Assembly (NCBI GenBank): GCA_963827655.1 | Contig: CAWHCF010000053.1 | Coordinates: 1 to 64,000 of the forward strand | Length of the DNA: 64,000 nt | Reading direction: 5' to 3' | From: an uncultured Acidobacteriota bacterium | Lineage (GTDB): Bacteria; Acidobacteriota; UBA6911 | Shown here: positions 54,495 through 64,000 of the stretch, piece after piece | How the letters are laid out: each line of letters starts with the position of its first letter | Position numbering within the stretch: position 1 is the stretch's first letter | The notes under the pieces: generated by a model | Told to the model about the DNA's origin: nothing | Databases searched by the model: none | Seen by the model: the letters and a program-made list of their open reading frames with translations, nothing else | Position numbers and translations under genes: made by a program

Positions 54495-54559
54495 GTCAGT
54501 AGCCCTTCAGCCACTCGAACATCGACATTCTCATCGGTGTAGATTCTTAACTTGGCCAA
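54495..54559 (-). pseudogene. Truncated DUF5615/PIN-like toxin (first ~20 codons)
   Basis: A TTG start overlapping the DUF433 3' end reads MAKLRIYTDENVDVRVAEGL (xDEN motif), then loses similarity and runs into the convergent permease. Confidence 0.6.
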
Positions 54560-54887
54560 GCTTCCGCTCCAGCAGCGAAGGGTGGTCTTTCTTGAGACGC
54601 TCAATCCTTTTCATGGAAGCTTTCCACTCACTATCCAATTTCAACTTGTGGGCATAGTAATACGAAAGAGCCGCGTGGATCTGTGATAGGTTTAGCTGGG
54701 GAAGCGCCACCAAAATCTCTTCCGGCGGCATGTGCATGACCTCATATCGGATGGCAACATCCAGGATGCGAATGCCGGTCCCGGCGATCACGGGCGAACC
54801 CTGCCGCAATCCAGCACGGTGCGCTATGTACGGATATTCCTTGGCTGCTTCCTTGTCTTCCCCATGAGCTCTCCTTCCGTCAAACAC
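54531..54887 (-). CDS. DUF433 domain protein (VapB45-like antitoxin)
   Basis: GSPVIAGTGIRI...EEIL...PQLNLSQIHAALSYY motif. Confidence 0.85.
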   Translation of the reverse strand: MFDGRRAHGEDKEAAKEYPYIAHRAGLRQGSPVIAGTGIRILDVAIRYEVMHMPPEEILVALPQLNLSQIHAALSYYYAHKLKLDSEWKASMKRIERLKKDHPSLLERKLGQVKNLHR

Positions 54888-54958
54888 CCCGCCTTACACT
54901 CACGATAGATCTGCAGGAATGCACCCGCAGCATGGACTCGATGCACTAAAGGAAGAGA

Positions 54959-55426
54959 TCAACCGGGAAAGGCTAACGAGCGGGATACTCCTTGATAAAC
55001 CGACGTCGTTCCATCCTTATAGAACAGCAGGACTGCGTATCTTTCACTGCGGGCTGCTTCCATCCCCGGCGAGCCCAGCGGCATACCGGGAACCGCCAGG
55101 CCTACGGCTTTTGGCCGCTGCTTCAACAGGCGTTGGACCTCAGCCGCCGGAACGTGCCCTTCAATGGTGTATCCCTCAACGATCGCCGTGTGACAGGATG
55201 AAAGGTTCTCCGGAACGCCGTGCTTGCGGCGGTATTCCGCCGGGTTCGGGACGTCCTGGACCTTCACTTGAAATCCGTGGTCTTTCAAATGCGTCACCCA
55301 TAGGCTGCAGCAGCTGCACGTACTTGTCTTGTATACCGTCATCTCGTTCGTAGCGGCACGGACGTTCCAGAAGAACGCCAAAGTCAGAACAGTAAACATC
55401 GACCGGACAATTAGTCGCCAACGCAT
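54959..55426 (-). CDS. DUF411 family periplasmic metal-binding protein
   Basis: Signal peptide; YKTSTCSCCSLW, SCHTA, IEGHVPA and GLAVPGMPLGSPGME motifs. Confidence 0.9.
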   Translation of the reverse strand: MRWRLIVRSMFTVLTLAFFWNVRAATNEMTVYKTSTCSCCSLWVTHLKDHGFQVKVQDVPNPAEYRRKHGVPENLSSCHTAIVEGYTIEGHVPAAEVQRLLKQRPKAVGLAVPGMPLGSPGMEAARSERYAVLLFYKDGTTSVYQGVSRSLAFPG

Positions 55427-55579
55427 ATCGTGTCTCCTTCAATCCCTGAAGAGCGCCGCCGTCAGGTTCACTTCCGAAGCCGCGCCCGATGCCTCAACCG
55501 GCCCGATCGACGCCGAGCCTTGTGTTCAGTTCCCTGCTTTCCGGAGCCTGGATTCGCTTGCGGCGCGCTTGGATTTCAA

Positions 55580-56947
55580 TCAAGGTTCTCTCGACTCCAG
55601 CGTCGCTGTGCGATCGTCGTAGTACTGGTACTTTGCACGGAGAGTTTCCTTCTGCTCTTCTGTCGGAAGGTTCCCTTCGGAATCGCTGGGCGCGAGCGGT
55701 TCATAGAGCGGGCGCGGGATGCTGGCGAACTCCGACATCGGTCCGTAGACCTCATCCGCGTCTTCTCTGAATACGTTGCCGATCAGAAGGTTGATGATGC
55801 TTACGCGGTGTTCGGGATACTTCTGGAGAAAACCGGCGAAACTGAACCCATCGTTGTAAAAGGCGTACACCAGCTTCCGCATCGATTCGATGCCCTTATC
55901 CAGCTTCGCCTGAAACCGCCCCAGCCGCTCGCGCGAGAAATCGTCTTGGTTGAAGGCGTCGTGAATGGCGTCGGCGGCAAACTCGGCCATCTTGAGCGCC
56001 AGCAACACGCCGGAGGAATAGATCGGATCGAGAAACCCGTAGGCGTCGCCGATCAGAATAAACCCGTTGCCGGCGCATTGTCTCGAGCGGTAGGAGTAGT
56101 CGATGATCGAATAAATCTTGTCCACGCGCGTGGCGCCCGCGACTCGCCGCCGGCACGGTTCGCATTTCTCGATCTCCTCATTAAAGATCTTGGCAAGATC
56201 CTGGCCGCGCCCTTTGACCAGGTAACCTGGATCGGCGACTATGCCCACGCTGGTAATGTCGTTCTCGAGTGGGATGTACCAGAACCAGCCGCCGCTGCCG
56301 CGCTCGGTCCGCAGGACGAGGGTCGCACCGCCGTTCAGGTCCGGTTCGCGCATGGCTCCCTTGAAGTAGGAATAGAGCACAGCCTTCTTGAGCTTGGGAT
56401 CCCGCATGCGCCAGCCGAATTTGTTGGACAGCATCGCGGTCTGGCCGGTGGCATCTACCACAACCTTCGATCCAAACCTCTGCAGCGAGCCGTCCTTCAT
56501 CCGGACTTCCACGCCGACGGCGCGATCGCCCTCGAAAAGGACCTGGCGGACAGGAGTTCCCTGATGAACCTTTGCCCCTTGATCCCCGGCATGCTCGAGC
56601 AGCATTCTGTCGAAGACGGAGCGCGTCACTTGCCAGGTGATGGCGCTCTCGTGGTGTATAGCCTCGAAGAAATAGAAGGGCTTCGATTCCTTCCCCATGG
56701 GGTTTGCGAACTGGACGCTGTACTTCCGTACAAACGGGCTGGCATTGAGCTTGTCCAGAAAACCCATCCGCTGGAAGGTCCAGTAAGTGTCGGTCATCAG
56801 AGATTCGCCGATGTGATGGCGCGGGAATTCCTCCTTCTCAAAAAGGATCACCTTGCGCCCTTCCCGGGCCAGGATGCTGGCTACGGTACTGCCCGCGGGC
56901 CCGCCCCCGATCACAATGACATCATGGGTGGAGGAGTTCGTTTTCAT
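55580..56947 (-). CDS. Flavin-dependent halogenase-like oxidoreductase
   Basis: GGGPAG, IGESL, Lys at ~75 (FVRKY), WFWYIP (WxWxIP) and GDAYGFLDPIYSSG. Start could be 56962. Confidence 0.8.
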   Translation of the reverse strand: MKTNSSTHDVIVIGGGPAGSTVASILAREGRKVILFEKEEFPRHHIGESLMTDTYWTFQRMGFLDKLNASPFVRKYSVQFANPMGKESKPFYFFEAIHHESAITWQVTRSVFDRMLLEHAGDQGAKVHQGTPVRQVLFEGDRAVGVEVRMKDGSLQRFGSKVVVDATGQTAMLSNKFGWRMRDPKLKKAVLYSYFKGAMREPDLNGGATLVLRTERGSGGWFWYIPLENDITSVGIVADPGYLVKGRGQDLAKIFNEEIEKCEPCRRRVAGATRVDKIYSIIDYSYRSRQCAGNGFILIGDAYGFLDPIYSSGVLLALKMAEFAADAIHDAFNQDDFSRERLGRFQAKLDKGIESMRKLVYAFYNDGFSFAGFLQKYPEHRVSIINLLIGNVFREDADEVYGPMSEFASIPRPLYEPLAPSDSEGNLPTEEQKETLRAKYQYYDDRTATLESREP

Positions 56948-56954
56948 AGAAGGA

Positions 56955-58268
56955 TCATGCATAGCGCACAGGTCTCAATTCAGGTTCGAAGAATTCCGGG
57001 AGAAGCCGATCGACTTCCAGCAGCCCCCGGCGAGTCAGCGCAATCGTTCCGTTATGGCGCTCGAGCATTTCCTGCTGGCCGAGTTGTTCATAAGCAGGTT
57101 GAAACTCGCGCCAGATATCTATACCGAACTTCCGGTGAAAGTACCGGGTGTCAAGCGCGCCGGTCTTGAGTTGCAGAATCATCTCGCGTATCAGCTTCTG
57201 TTTTGGCGTCATCTCAAGCGCGCGGGCCAGCGGCAGACGATCGTCATTGAGGAGACGTAGATATTCTTCGGAGCTGTGGGCATTCTGAAAATGCACTCCA
57301 CCAAAGTGCGAAAACGACGAGACGCCGAGTCCAATCATGTCGCCACCGTGCCACAAAGAGTCGGTATAGACGAAACGACAGGGTTTTCTGGTTGTGGCGA
57401 TCGTATAGGCGCTTGCGATGCGATAGCCGCGGCCGCTGAACTCATCGAAGGCAAAATCGACCCAGCGCCTCTTCGCAGCCCAGTCGGCGATCGGCGAATC
57501 GAGACCCTTTCGGATCATGTCCTGCGAAATGATCGTATTGTAAGGAAGCTCCATCTGATAGATGGTAACCGAATCCGGCTCCAGCTCGAGCGCGCGACGC
57601 ACGCAGTCGCGCCAGTGCTCGTCTGATTCGCCCATCATCCCCGCTATGAGATCAATGTTGATCTGAGCGAATTCGACCTCCCGGGCCCACTGGTACGCCC
57701 GGTAAATCTCGGCCGAGAGATGGGCGCGGCCATTCGCCTCCAGAATGTCATCATTGAAGTGCTCTATTCCCAGGCTTAATCGCGTCACGCCGATTTGCTT
57801 CAGCGTTTCCAGTTTCGATTTTCTGAGGGTGCCCGGCTCGCATTCGAAAGTAACCTCCTCGGCATTCTCCCAACTGACATGACGGTTGAGACCTTCAACC
57901 AGGTATTGAAGCTGCTTTTCGCTGAGATACGAGGGAGTGCCACCGCCGAAATACGCAAATCGGAGCTGCCTCCCCTGAAAGGCCGGCGCGCGACTGTAAA
58001 TCTCGTTTTCTTTAATTAAAGCGTTGAGATAGAGCTCGATCTCCTGGGCGTTCTTGTCCGTGTAGACCTTGAAGTAGCAGAACAGGCATCGTTTGCGGCA
58101 AAACGGAATGTGGATGTACAGGCCCAGCGGATCGTCCGTGCGTGGTGACAGGTTCAAAGCATCGAGGGCCGCAGGAATGAATTCCGGCCGCCATTGCGAG
58201 AATGGAGGGTAATTGGCGATGAAATAATTGCCGACATCGGTTTTGGTTCGTGCCACGTCTATGGTCAT
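56955..58268 (-). CDS. HemN-like (class C) radical SAM enzyme
   Basis: LYIHIPFCRKRCLFC (CxxxCxxC), YFGGGTPS, RLSLGI and NIDLIAG motifs. Confidence 0.88.
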   Translation of the reverse strand: MTIDVARTKTDVGNYFIANYPPFSQWRPEFIPAALDALNLSPRTDDPLGLYIHIPFCRKRCLFCYFKVYTDKNAQEIELYLNALIKENEIYSRAPAFQGRQLRFAYFGGGTPSYLSEKQLQYLVEGLNRHVSWENAEEVTFECEPGTLRKSKLETLKQIGVTRLSLGIEHFNDDILEANGRAHLSAEIYRAYQWAREVEFAQINIDLIAGMMGESDEHWRDCVRRALELEPDSVTIYQMELPYNTIISQDMIRKGLDSPIADWAAKRRWVDFAFDEFSGRGYRIASAYTIATTRKPCRFVYTDSLWHGGDMIGLGVSSFSHFGGVHFQNAHSSEEYLRLLNDDRLPLARALEMTPKQKLIREMILQLKTGALDTRYFHRKFGIDIWREFQPAYEQLGQQEMLERHNGTIALTRRGLLEVDRLLPEFFEPELRPVRYA

Positions 58269-58519
58269 CGGTATTCACGCGCAACCTTGCGCAGCCTTAA
58301 GATTATCGATCTCTACGGATCTGAGCAAGTCCCTTGGCCGGCACAACCAATACATACGACCAGCCGAATTCCCTGTTGCGGAAAAACCGAAGGCTCGCAG
58401 TGATCATGCAGTGGACCTAAGGGGAATCGCACCTTTTCAGGCAAAAGCGACAGTCGCGGATACGGCTGATGTCTTGGTGTTAACTTTTACCTTTAAGTAA
58501 TGCCCTAAGCCCAGACAAA

Positions 58520-59209
58520 TCAAAGGATTTCCTGGACTCGAGCCCCGGCCGACCAGAGCGCCTCGGCATACTGCACCCCGGCGGCCGCGCCACGATAGCG
58601 GGCGATAGTCTCCTTCAAGTTCTGCGCCGGGTCCGGTTTTGCCCGGTCGTATGGCTGGTTGCGTGTTATGGCCATCAGTTTGCCCAGCCATTCGATAGCG
58701 TCGGGCCAGACCGGGGAGACATCCACGTACGTGTTGGGCTCGAAGCCAATCGTGTGACGCGGGCCGTTGTCATAAGCGTAGATCGCTTTCGGCGCTTTGT
58801 AAGAACCGGCGTCGAGGACGCGGTCCCCGTGACGCAACGCGATCTTGCTCAGAGTCGCCGCGACGACGTGGTCGTGATGATGGTCCTGGTGCCAGAGCAT
58901 GAAGGCGATGTCCGGCTTCACCTCGAGCACGGCGCGGGCCACCGCGCGCTTCGAGTCGAGGTTTACATCGAAGCGATGCGATGCGAAATCGAGGAAGCGC
59001 AACTCGGCGCCGTAGTCCTTGCAGATCCGCACGCTCTGCGCCAGGAAATCTTTTTCGCGACCTTGGGCCGGCGGCCAGTTCGTGTAATCTCCTATGAGCG
59101 CGAGGATCACAACCCGGTAATGTTTGCGCACGGCCTGCAGCATGATGCCCGGAATCCCGAAGACGCAATCATCGTAATGCGCTCCCATCGCGAGCAGCGT
59201 CGGACTCAC
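58520..59209 (-). CDS. PIG-L/LmbE family deacetylase
   Basis: GAHYDD and DHHHDH metal motifs, VDVS and YAEA; GGAGAG RBS before a GTG at 59209. Confidence 0.85.
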   Translation of the reverse strand: MSPTLLAMGAHYDDCVFGIPGIMLQAVRKHYRVVILALIGDYTNWPPAQGREKDFLAQSVRICKDYGAELRFLDFASHRFDVNLDSKRAVARAVLEVKPDIAFMLWHQDHHHDHVVAATLSKIALRHGDRVLDAGSYKAPKAIYAYDNGPRHTIGFEPNTYVDVSPVWPDAIEWLGKLMAITRNQPYDRAKPDPAQNLKETIARYRGAAAGVQYAEALWSAGARVQEIL

Positions 59210-59237
59210 GGTAACCTCTCCTTGGTCTAGAAGTGAA

Positions 59238-59858
59238 TCAGCGCTTGACCGGGCGTCCCCGTACCTCGATCCAGTCCAGACGGGAACATGCCGGGGTACC
59301 ACCGCCGGCCATCAGATCGGTGAAACCGATTTCGTCTACCCTGCCAAGGTCCGGTTTTTCAACCTGGGACCCCTCGAGGATCTTGTCGATGTCGATGCGG
59401 CGCCAACGCATGTCGGCGATGTTGAACTCGCGCTCCCGCCAGTCGCGCGACTCCCCGTCGGCCTGGTCAGCGATGAGCCAGGTCCCGTCGGCGAGCTTCA
59501 CGATCAGACGTAGTTGCCGGAATCCGGCTTGTTTCGAACGCCACCGGATCTTCGCAAGGCCGGTCAGGTCAACAAAGGAATCTCTATGGCGCAGCGCGAC
59601 AGCCCATTGAGCCGGGCAGGTGCCGGACCAGACGTAGAAAGGATCGTCTTTTGGCGTGTCATGATGGCTCTTTTTTATTCCATCCTTGCCCGGTCCGTAG
59701 AGCTTCAGAACCAGATTCGCGTTCGCGACGTGCTCCTGCGTGATGGGCGTCGCGGCCGGCGATTCCTTCCAGTCCTCGCGAAAGAACAGACCGGGTCGAT
59801 CCTCTTCCACACGCGGCCCGGACTGAAGCAGCATGACCAGGAATGCCAGAAGTATCAT
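59238..59858 (-). CDS. Exported hypothetical protein (beta-sandwich/CBM-like)
   Basis: Hydrophobic N-terminus and Trp-rich beta composition; C-terminal DEIGFTDLM...LDWIEV. Confidence 0.6.
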   Translation of the reverse strand: MILLAFLVMLLQSGPRVEEDRPGLFFREDWKESPAATPITQEHVANANLVLKLYGPGKDGIKKSHHDTPKDDPFYVWSGTCPAQWAVALRHRDSFVDLTGLAKIRWRSKQAGFRQLRLIVKLADGTWLIADQADGESRDWREREFNIADMRWRRIDIDKILEGSQVEKPDLGRVDEIGFTDLMAGGGTPACSRLDWIEVRGRPVKR

Positions 59859-60091
59859 TGAATAGAAGCCCTCCAAAGAACCAAGAGTTTACCACAAACA
59901 GGAGACAACCCACTGTTTCGAGCGCACTGGTCGCGCTTTTGCTAACGCAATTCGCGTTATCTTCGTGACTTGGCGTCTTCGAAGAGTTACCAAGCTGACG
60001 CACAAAGACACGCGCAGGCCCACCCACTTCTAGTATAATCACGTGGTCTGTCGAGTGAGTCTGGTCCCCGGCAAGAAACCACGGTCTGAAC

Positions 60092-63000
60092 ATGACAAAC
60101 CCAACTCCGGCGCGCTTCATCGGTTTGTGCCTGGCCTTCGCCTGGATCTTTTCCGCCCTCGCGTCGCCGCCCAGTCCGGCCGCCGCCGATCAGCAAGTGC
60201 AATTCGCCAGGGACATTCGACCGGTTCTCGAAAAGTCGTGCTATGCCTGCCACGGACCGAAGCTTCAGATGGGAGGGCTTCGGCTGGACTCGAAGAAGAC
60301 CGCCCTGGCCGGAGGACAATCCGGCAAGGCCATACAGCCGGGCAGCGCCTCGGAGAGTCTCCTCTACAAGCGCATTGCCGGAATCGGCGAGCAGGCCAGG
60401 ATGCCCATGGAAGGCGAGCCGCTCCCGGCCGCAGAGATCGCGCTGGTTCGCTCCTGGATCGATCAGGGGGCCGAGTGGCCCGATGGTATGGGCGCCGACG
60501 TCGCCGAAGTGAAGCGGCACTGGGCCTTCATCCCGCCGAAGCGCCCTGCCGTGCCCCGCGTCAGGAATTCGCGCTGGCCGGCAAACCCGATTGACTCTTT
60601 CGTCCTGGCGCGGCTCGAAAAGGAAGACCTCGCCCCCTCACCTGAGGCCGACCGCGTGACGCTGCTGCGCCGTTTGAGTCTCGATTTGATCGGACTGCCG
60701 CCCACGATCCAGGAAGTCGATGCCTTCCTGGCGGACAAGAGTTCCAATCCCTATGAAAAGCAAGTCGAGAGGCTGCTGAGCTCACCGCATTACGGGGAGC
60801 GCTGGGGACGGCACTGGCTCGATGCGGCCCGCTACGCCGATTCGGATGGTTTCGAGAAGGACAAGCAACGGAAGGTATGGTTCTATCGCGACTGGGTCAT
60901 CCAGGCCTTCAATCGCGATCTTCCTTACGACCGGTTTATCATCGACCAGATCGCCGGCGACCTTCTTCCTGACGCGACGCAGGACCAAAAGGTGGCCACT
61001 GGATTCCTGCGCAACTCAATGATCAACGAGGAAGGAGGGGTCGACCCCGAGCAGTTTCGGATGGAAGCGATGTTCGACCGCATGGACGCAATTGGAAAAG
61101 GTATTCTGGGAGTCACGATCCAGTGCGCTCAATGCCACAACCACAAATACGACCCGCTCAGTCAGGAAGAGTACTACCGCATGTTCGCGTTCTTGAACAA
61201 TTCGCATGAGGCGAACATCCCCGTGTACCCTCCGGATGATGAAATGAAGCGGGCGGAATTATTCCGGAGCATCCGTGAAATCGAGATGGATCTCCAGCAC
61301 CGCCATCCGGACTGGAAGGCGCGCATGTCGCAGTGGGAGTCGGGAGTCCGGGCCGGCCAGCCTGAGTGGATCGTCGTCCGGCCTGTTGTCGAGGACATCT
61401 CGACCGGGGGACAAAGGTATTTACCCCTGAGTGACGGCTCCTTCCTGGCACAAGGGTATGCCCCCACCAAACACCGGGTGAAGATGACCGTAAAGACGGA
61501 GATCCAGAAGATCACGGCTTTCCGTCTCGAGCTGCTGAAGGATCCCAACCTCCCGCTGGGCGGTCCTGGCCGCTCCATCAAGGGAACCGGCGCGCTCACC
61601 GAGTTCGAGGTGGAGGCCGCGCCGGCGGACGCGCCCGACAAGCCCGCCAAGGTGAAGATCGCCAACGCAACCGCGGACATAAACCTTCCGGAGACACCGT
61701 TGGAGCCGATCTTCTATGACAAGACCGAAAGACGCCGGGTGACCGGTCCGATCGAGTTTGCCCTCGACGGCAAGGACGAAACCGCCTGGGGCATCGACGC
61801 CGGTCCAGGACGGCGCAATCAGCCGCGCATGGCGGTCTTCACGGCGGAATCGCCGATAGCTCATCCTGGAGGCACTGTCCTCACCTTCTACCTGCGCCAG
61901 GCGCATGGCGGCTGGAATAGCGACGACAACCAGAACAACAACCTCGGGAGGATTCGTCTCTCAATCACAACCACGTCCGGCGCCGTCGCGAATCCGATTC
62001 CCAGAAACGTTCGGGATATTCTGTCCATTGCAGAGGACGAGCGCACCCCGCTCGAGGTCCAAACCGTTTTCAGCTACTGGCGGACTACGGTTTCGGAATG
62101 GGCGGCGGCAAACGCCAGGATCGAGGAATTGTGGCGGCAGCATCCGGAAGGGGCTTCGCAGCTCGTGCTGCTGGATCGCACCGAGGCGCGCGCAACGCAC
62201 TTGTTGACCCGCGGCGACTTCCTGAAGCCGGGGAAACAGGTCAGCCCGGGCGTGCCTGCGTTTCTCCATCCCTTGCCGCAGAATGCGCCCCCGACGCGTC
62301 TTGCGTTCGCCCGCTGGCTGGTCGACCCCAACTCGCCGACCACGGCCCGGTCGATGGTCAACCGAATGTGGCAATCGTATTTTGGAATCGGCCTGGTCGC
62401 CTCCAGCGAGGATCTGGGAACCCAGTGCGAAACGCCGTCTCATCCGGATTTACTCGACTGGCTGGCGGTCGAGTTCATGGAGCGAGGGTGGAGCCTGAAA
62501 GCCATGCACCGGCTGATCGTGAATTCCGCCACCTACCGCCAGGCTTCCCGGGTTACACAAGACCTCTATGCGCGCGACCCTTACAACCGCTTGCTGGCCC
62601 GCGGGCCGCGCTTCCGCGTGGAAGGGGAAATCGTGCGCGATATTGCTCTCGCCGCCAGCGGTTTGTTGAACCCGAAGGTCGGCGGCCCGAGTGTCTACCC
62701 GCCGGCTCCGGCGTTTCTCTTCCTACCGCCGACGAGCTACGGCCCCAAGATCTGGAACGAATCCGCAGGGGAGGACGTCTACCGGCGCGCCCTTTACACC
62801 TTCCGGTATCGATCCGTTCCGTATCCGATGCTGCAAACCTTCGATACTCCGAATGGGGACACGTCTTGCGTTCGCCGCGCGCGCTCCAACACGCCCCTGC
62901 AGGCGTTGACGACCCTCAACGAGCCTCTTTTTCTGGAATCCGCGCAGGCCCTCGCTCTTCGAACCCTGCGCGAGGGAGGCAAGACCGACACGGACCGCGT

Positions 63001-63247
63001 CATATACGCCTTCCGCAGCTGTCTGGCGCGAAAACCGACACGGCGGGAAATCGCTGAACTGCGTTCGTTGCTGGAAAAACAGAGGGAGCGTCTCGCCGAT
63101 GGCTGGGTCAGCGTTTGGGATCTTGCCGGCATGGATCAGGCCCAGCCGCCTGATATCCCGAAGAGCGCGACTCCCGTCCAACTGGCTGCCTGGACGACGG
63201 TCGCGCGCGTCCTGCTCAACCTCGATGAAACCATTACCAAGGAATAG
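60092..63247 (+). CDS. PSD1 / planctomycete cytochrome c domain protein (PSCyt1-DUF1549-DUF1553)
   Basis: Signal peptide; CYACH and CAQCH heme motifs; NPIDSFV, YGERWGRHWLD, PSHPDLLDWLA and NTPLQAL motifs. Confidence 0.92.
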   Translation: MTNPTPARFIGLCLAFAWIFSALASPPSPAAADQQVQFARDIRPVLEKSCYACHGPKLQMGGLRLDSKKTALAGGQSGKAIQPGSASESLLYKRIAGIGEQARMPMEGEPLPAAEIALVRSWIDQGAEWPDGMGADVAEVKRHWAFIPPKRPAVPRVRNSRWPANPIDSFVLARLEKEDLAPSPEADRVTLLRRLSLDLIGLPPTIQEVDAFLADKSSNPYEKQVERLLSSPHYGERWGRHWLDAARYADSDGFEKDKQRKVWFYRDWVIQAFNRDLPYDRFIIDQIAGDLLPDATQDQKVATGFLRNSMINEEGGVDPEQFRMEAMFDRMDAIGKGILGVTIQCAQCHNHKYDPLSQEEYYRMFAFLNNSHEANIPVYPPDDEMKRAELFRSIREIEMDLQHRHPDWKARMSQWESGVRAGQPEWIVVRPVVEDISTGGQRYLPLSDGSFLAQGYAPTKHRVKMTVKTEIQKITAFRLELLKDPNLPLGGPGRSIKGTGALTEFEVEAAPADAPDKPAKVKIANATADINLPETPLEPIFYDKTERRRVTGPIEFALDGKDETAWGIDAGPGRRNQPRMAVFTAESPIAHPGGTVLTFYLRQAHGGWNSDDNQNNNLGRIRLSITTTSGAVANPIPRNVRDILSIAEDERTPLEVQTVFSYWRTTVSEWAAANARIEELWRQHPEGASQLVLLDRTEARATHLLTRGDFLKPGKQVSPGVPAFLHPLPQNAPPTRLAFARWLVDPNSPTTARSMVNRMWQSYFGIGLVASSEDLGTQCETPSHPDLLDWLAVEFMERGWSLKAMHRLIVNSATYRQASRVTQDLYARDPYNRLLARGPRFRVEGEIVRDIALAASGLLNPKVGGPSVYPPAPAFLFLPPTSYGPKIWNESAGEDVYRRALYTFRYRSVPYPMLQTFDTPNGDTSCVRRARSNTPLQALTTLNEPLFLESAQALALRTLREGGKTDTDRVIYAFRSCLARKPTRREIAELRSLLEKQRERLADGWVSVWDLAGMDQAQPPDIPKSATPVQLAAWTTVARVLLNLDETITKE

Positions 63248-63259
63248 GAACAAGAAACC

Positions 63260-64000
63260 TTGAGCTGCCAGGATTATTTCTATCGCAACCAGCCCCCTGA
63301 TCAGGTCACACGCCGTTGGTTCCTCGAGCAGTGCGGTGTCGGCGTCGGCGCCGCCGCGCTGGGCCACCTGCTCCAGAGAGCAGGCTTCGCCGAAACCGGG
63401 AGAGTGTCGGCCGCCAACCCGCTGGCTCCCAAAGAGCCGCACCACGCCGCCAGGGCCCGCAGCGTTATTTTCCTGTTCATGGCAGGCGCGCCCAGCCACC
63501 TGGAGCTGTTTGATTTCAAGCCTCAACTAGCCAAGTTTGACGGGACTCTGCCACCCGCGGATCTGCTTGCAGGCTATCGCGCGGCTTTCATTAATCCCAG
63601 CTCAAAGCTGCTCGGCCCGAAGTTCAAGTTTGCGCGGCACGGCCAGTGCGGCGCGGAACTCTCGGAATTGTTACCTCACCTCGGGAAAATTGTCGACGAC
63701 GTTGCCATCGTGAAATCGATGGTTACCGATGCGTTCAATCACGCTCCCGGCCAGATCCTGATGAATACGGGGTCGCCACAGTTCGGGCGGCCCAGCTTCG
63801 GCGCGTGGGTTACGTATGGTCTGGGCAGCGAGTCGGAGAACCTGCCCGCGTTCGTGGTCTTCAGTTCAGGCAAGAAGGGACCCAGCGGTGGCAATTCCTG
63901 CTGGGGGAGCGGCTTTCTGCCCACCGTCTATCAGGGTGTTCAGTTCCGAAGCAGTGGCGACCCGGTCCTGTATCTTTCCAATCCACGCGGCGTGGATGCC
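63260..64000 (+). CDS. DUF1501 domain protein, Tat-exported (runs off the window end)
   Basis: My own translation from the TTG at 63260: TRRWFLEQCG twin-Arg signal, VIFLFMAGAPSHLELFD and GRPSFGAWVTYGLGSESENLPAFVV. Confidence 0.88.
   Translation, partial: MSCQDYFYRNQPPDQVTRRWFLEQCGVGVGAAALGHLLQRAGFAETGRVSAANPLAPKEPHHAARARSVIFLFMAGAPSHLELFDFKPQLAKFDGTLPPADLLAGYRAAFINPSSKLLGPKFKFARHGQCGAELSELLPHLGKIVDDVAIVKSMVTDAFNHAPGQILMNTGSPQFGRPSFGAWVTYGLGSESENLPAFVVFSSGKKGPSGGNSCWGSGFLPTVYQGVQFRSSGDPVLYLSNPRGVDA

Noticed and set aside
56955-58268. Calling this gene hemN
   Set aside because: No heme-pathway context, and it is coupled to a halogenase-like gene. Family membership alone does not establish coproporphyrinogen dehydrogenase activity.

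Overview
GC-rich bacterial DNA, probably Acidobacteriota. That assignment is an inference from an ADOP-like permease remnant, a PSD1/DUF1501 pair and the intergenic repeat types. Left to right: (1) an RND efflux operon on the minus strand (0.2-6.4 kb). (2) Two secreted hypothetical proteins. (3) A ~37 kb, almost entirely plus-strand 'energy island' (8.6-45.6 kb). It holds a complete contiguous atpBEFHAGDC operon, then xfp, a truncated glgP, pgm, malQ, tal, a ROK/polyP-type glucokinase, pgi, gap, gpmA, ldh, pgk and eno. After a scar zone of gene remnants come a GH63-like glucosidase, a frameshifted GH13 amylase, two unknown envelope proteins, tkt and glgX. The island has no pfk, fba or tpi, so its enzyme set resembles an alpha-glucan-fed phosphoketolase ('bifid-shunt-like') fermentation linked to an accessory ATP synthase. 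(4) A convergent hybrid histidine kinase plus a REC-HATPase (RsbW-like) gene. (5) An accessory stretch with a GT-C-like membrane protein, metacaspase, nucleoside permease, DUF433 antitoxin with a truncated toxin, DUF411, a coupled HemN-like radical SAM / flavin-halogenase-like pair, a PIG-L deacetylase and a PSD1 cytochrome c + DUF1501 pair. Many intergenic spacers carry REP-like palindromes and MITEs, some nested inside each other's hairpin loops. Several genes have single-base frameshifts, which may be real decay or assembly indels. I found no rRNA, tRNA or CRISPR array. All functional calls come from motif recognition by eye, not database searches.
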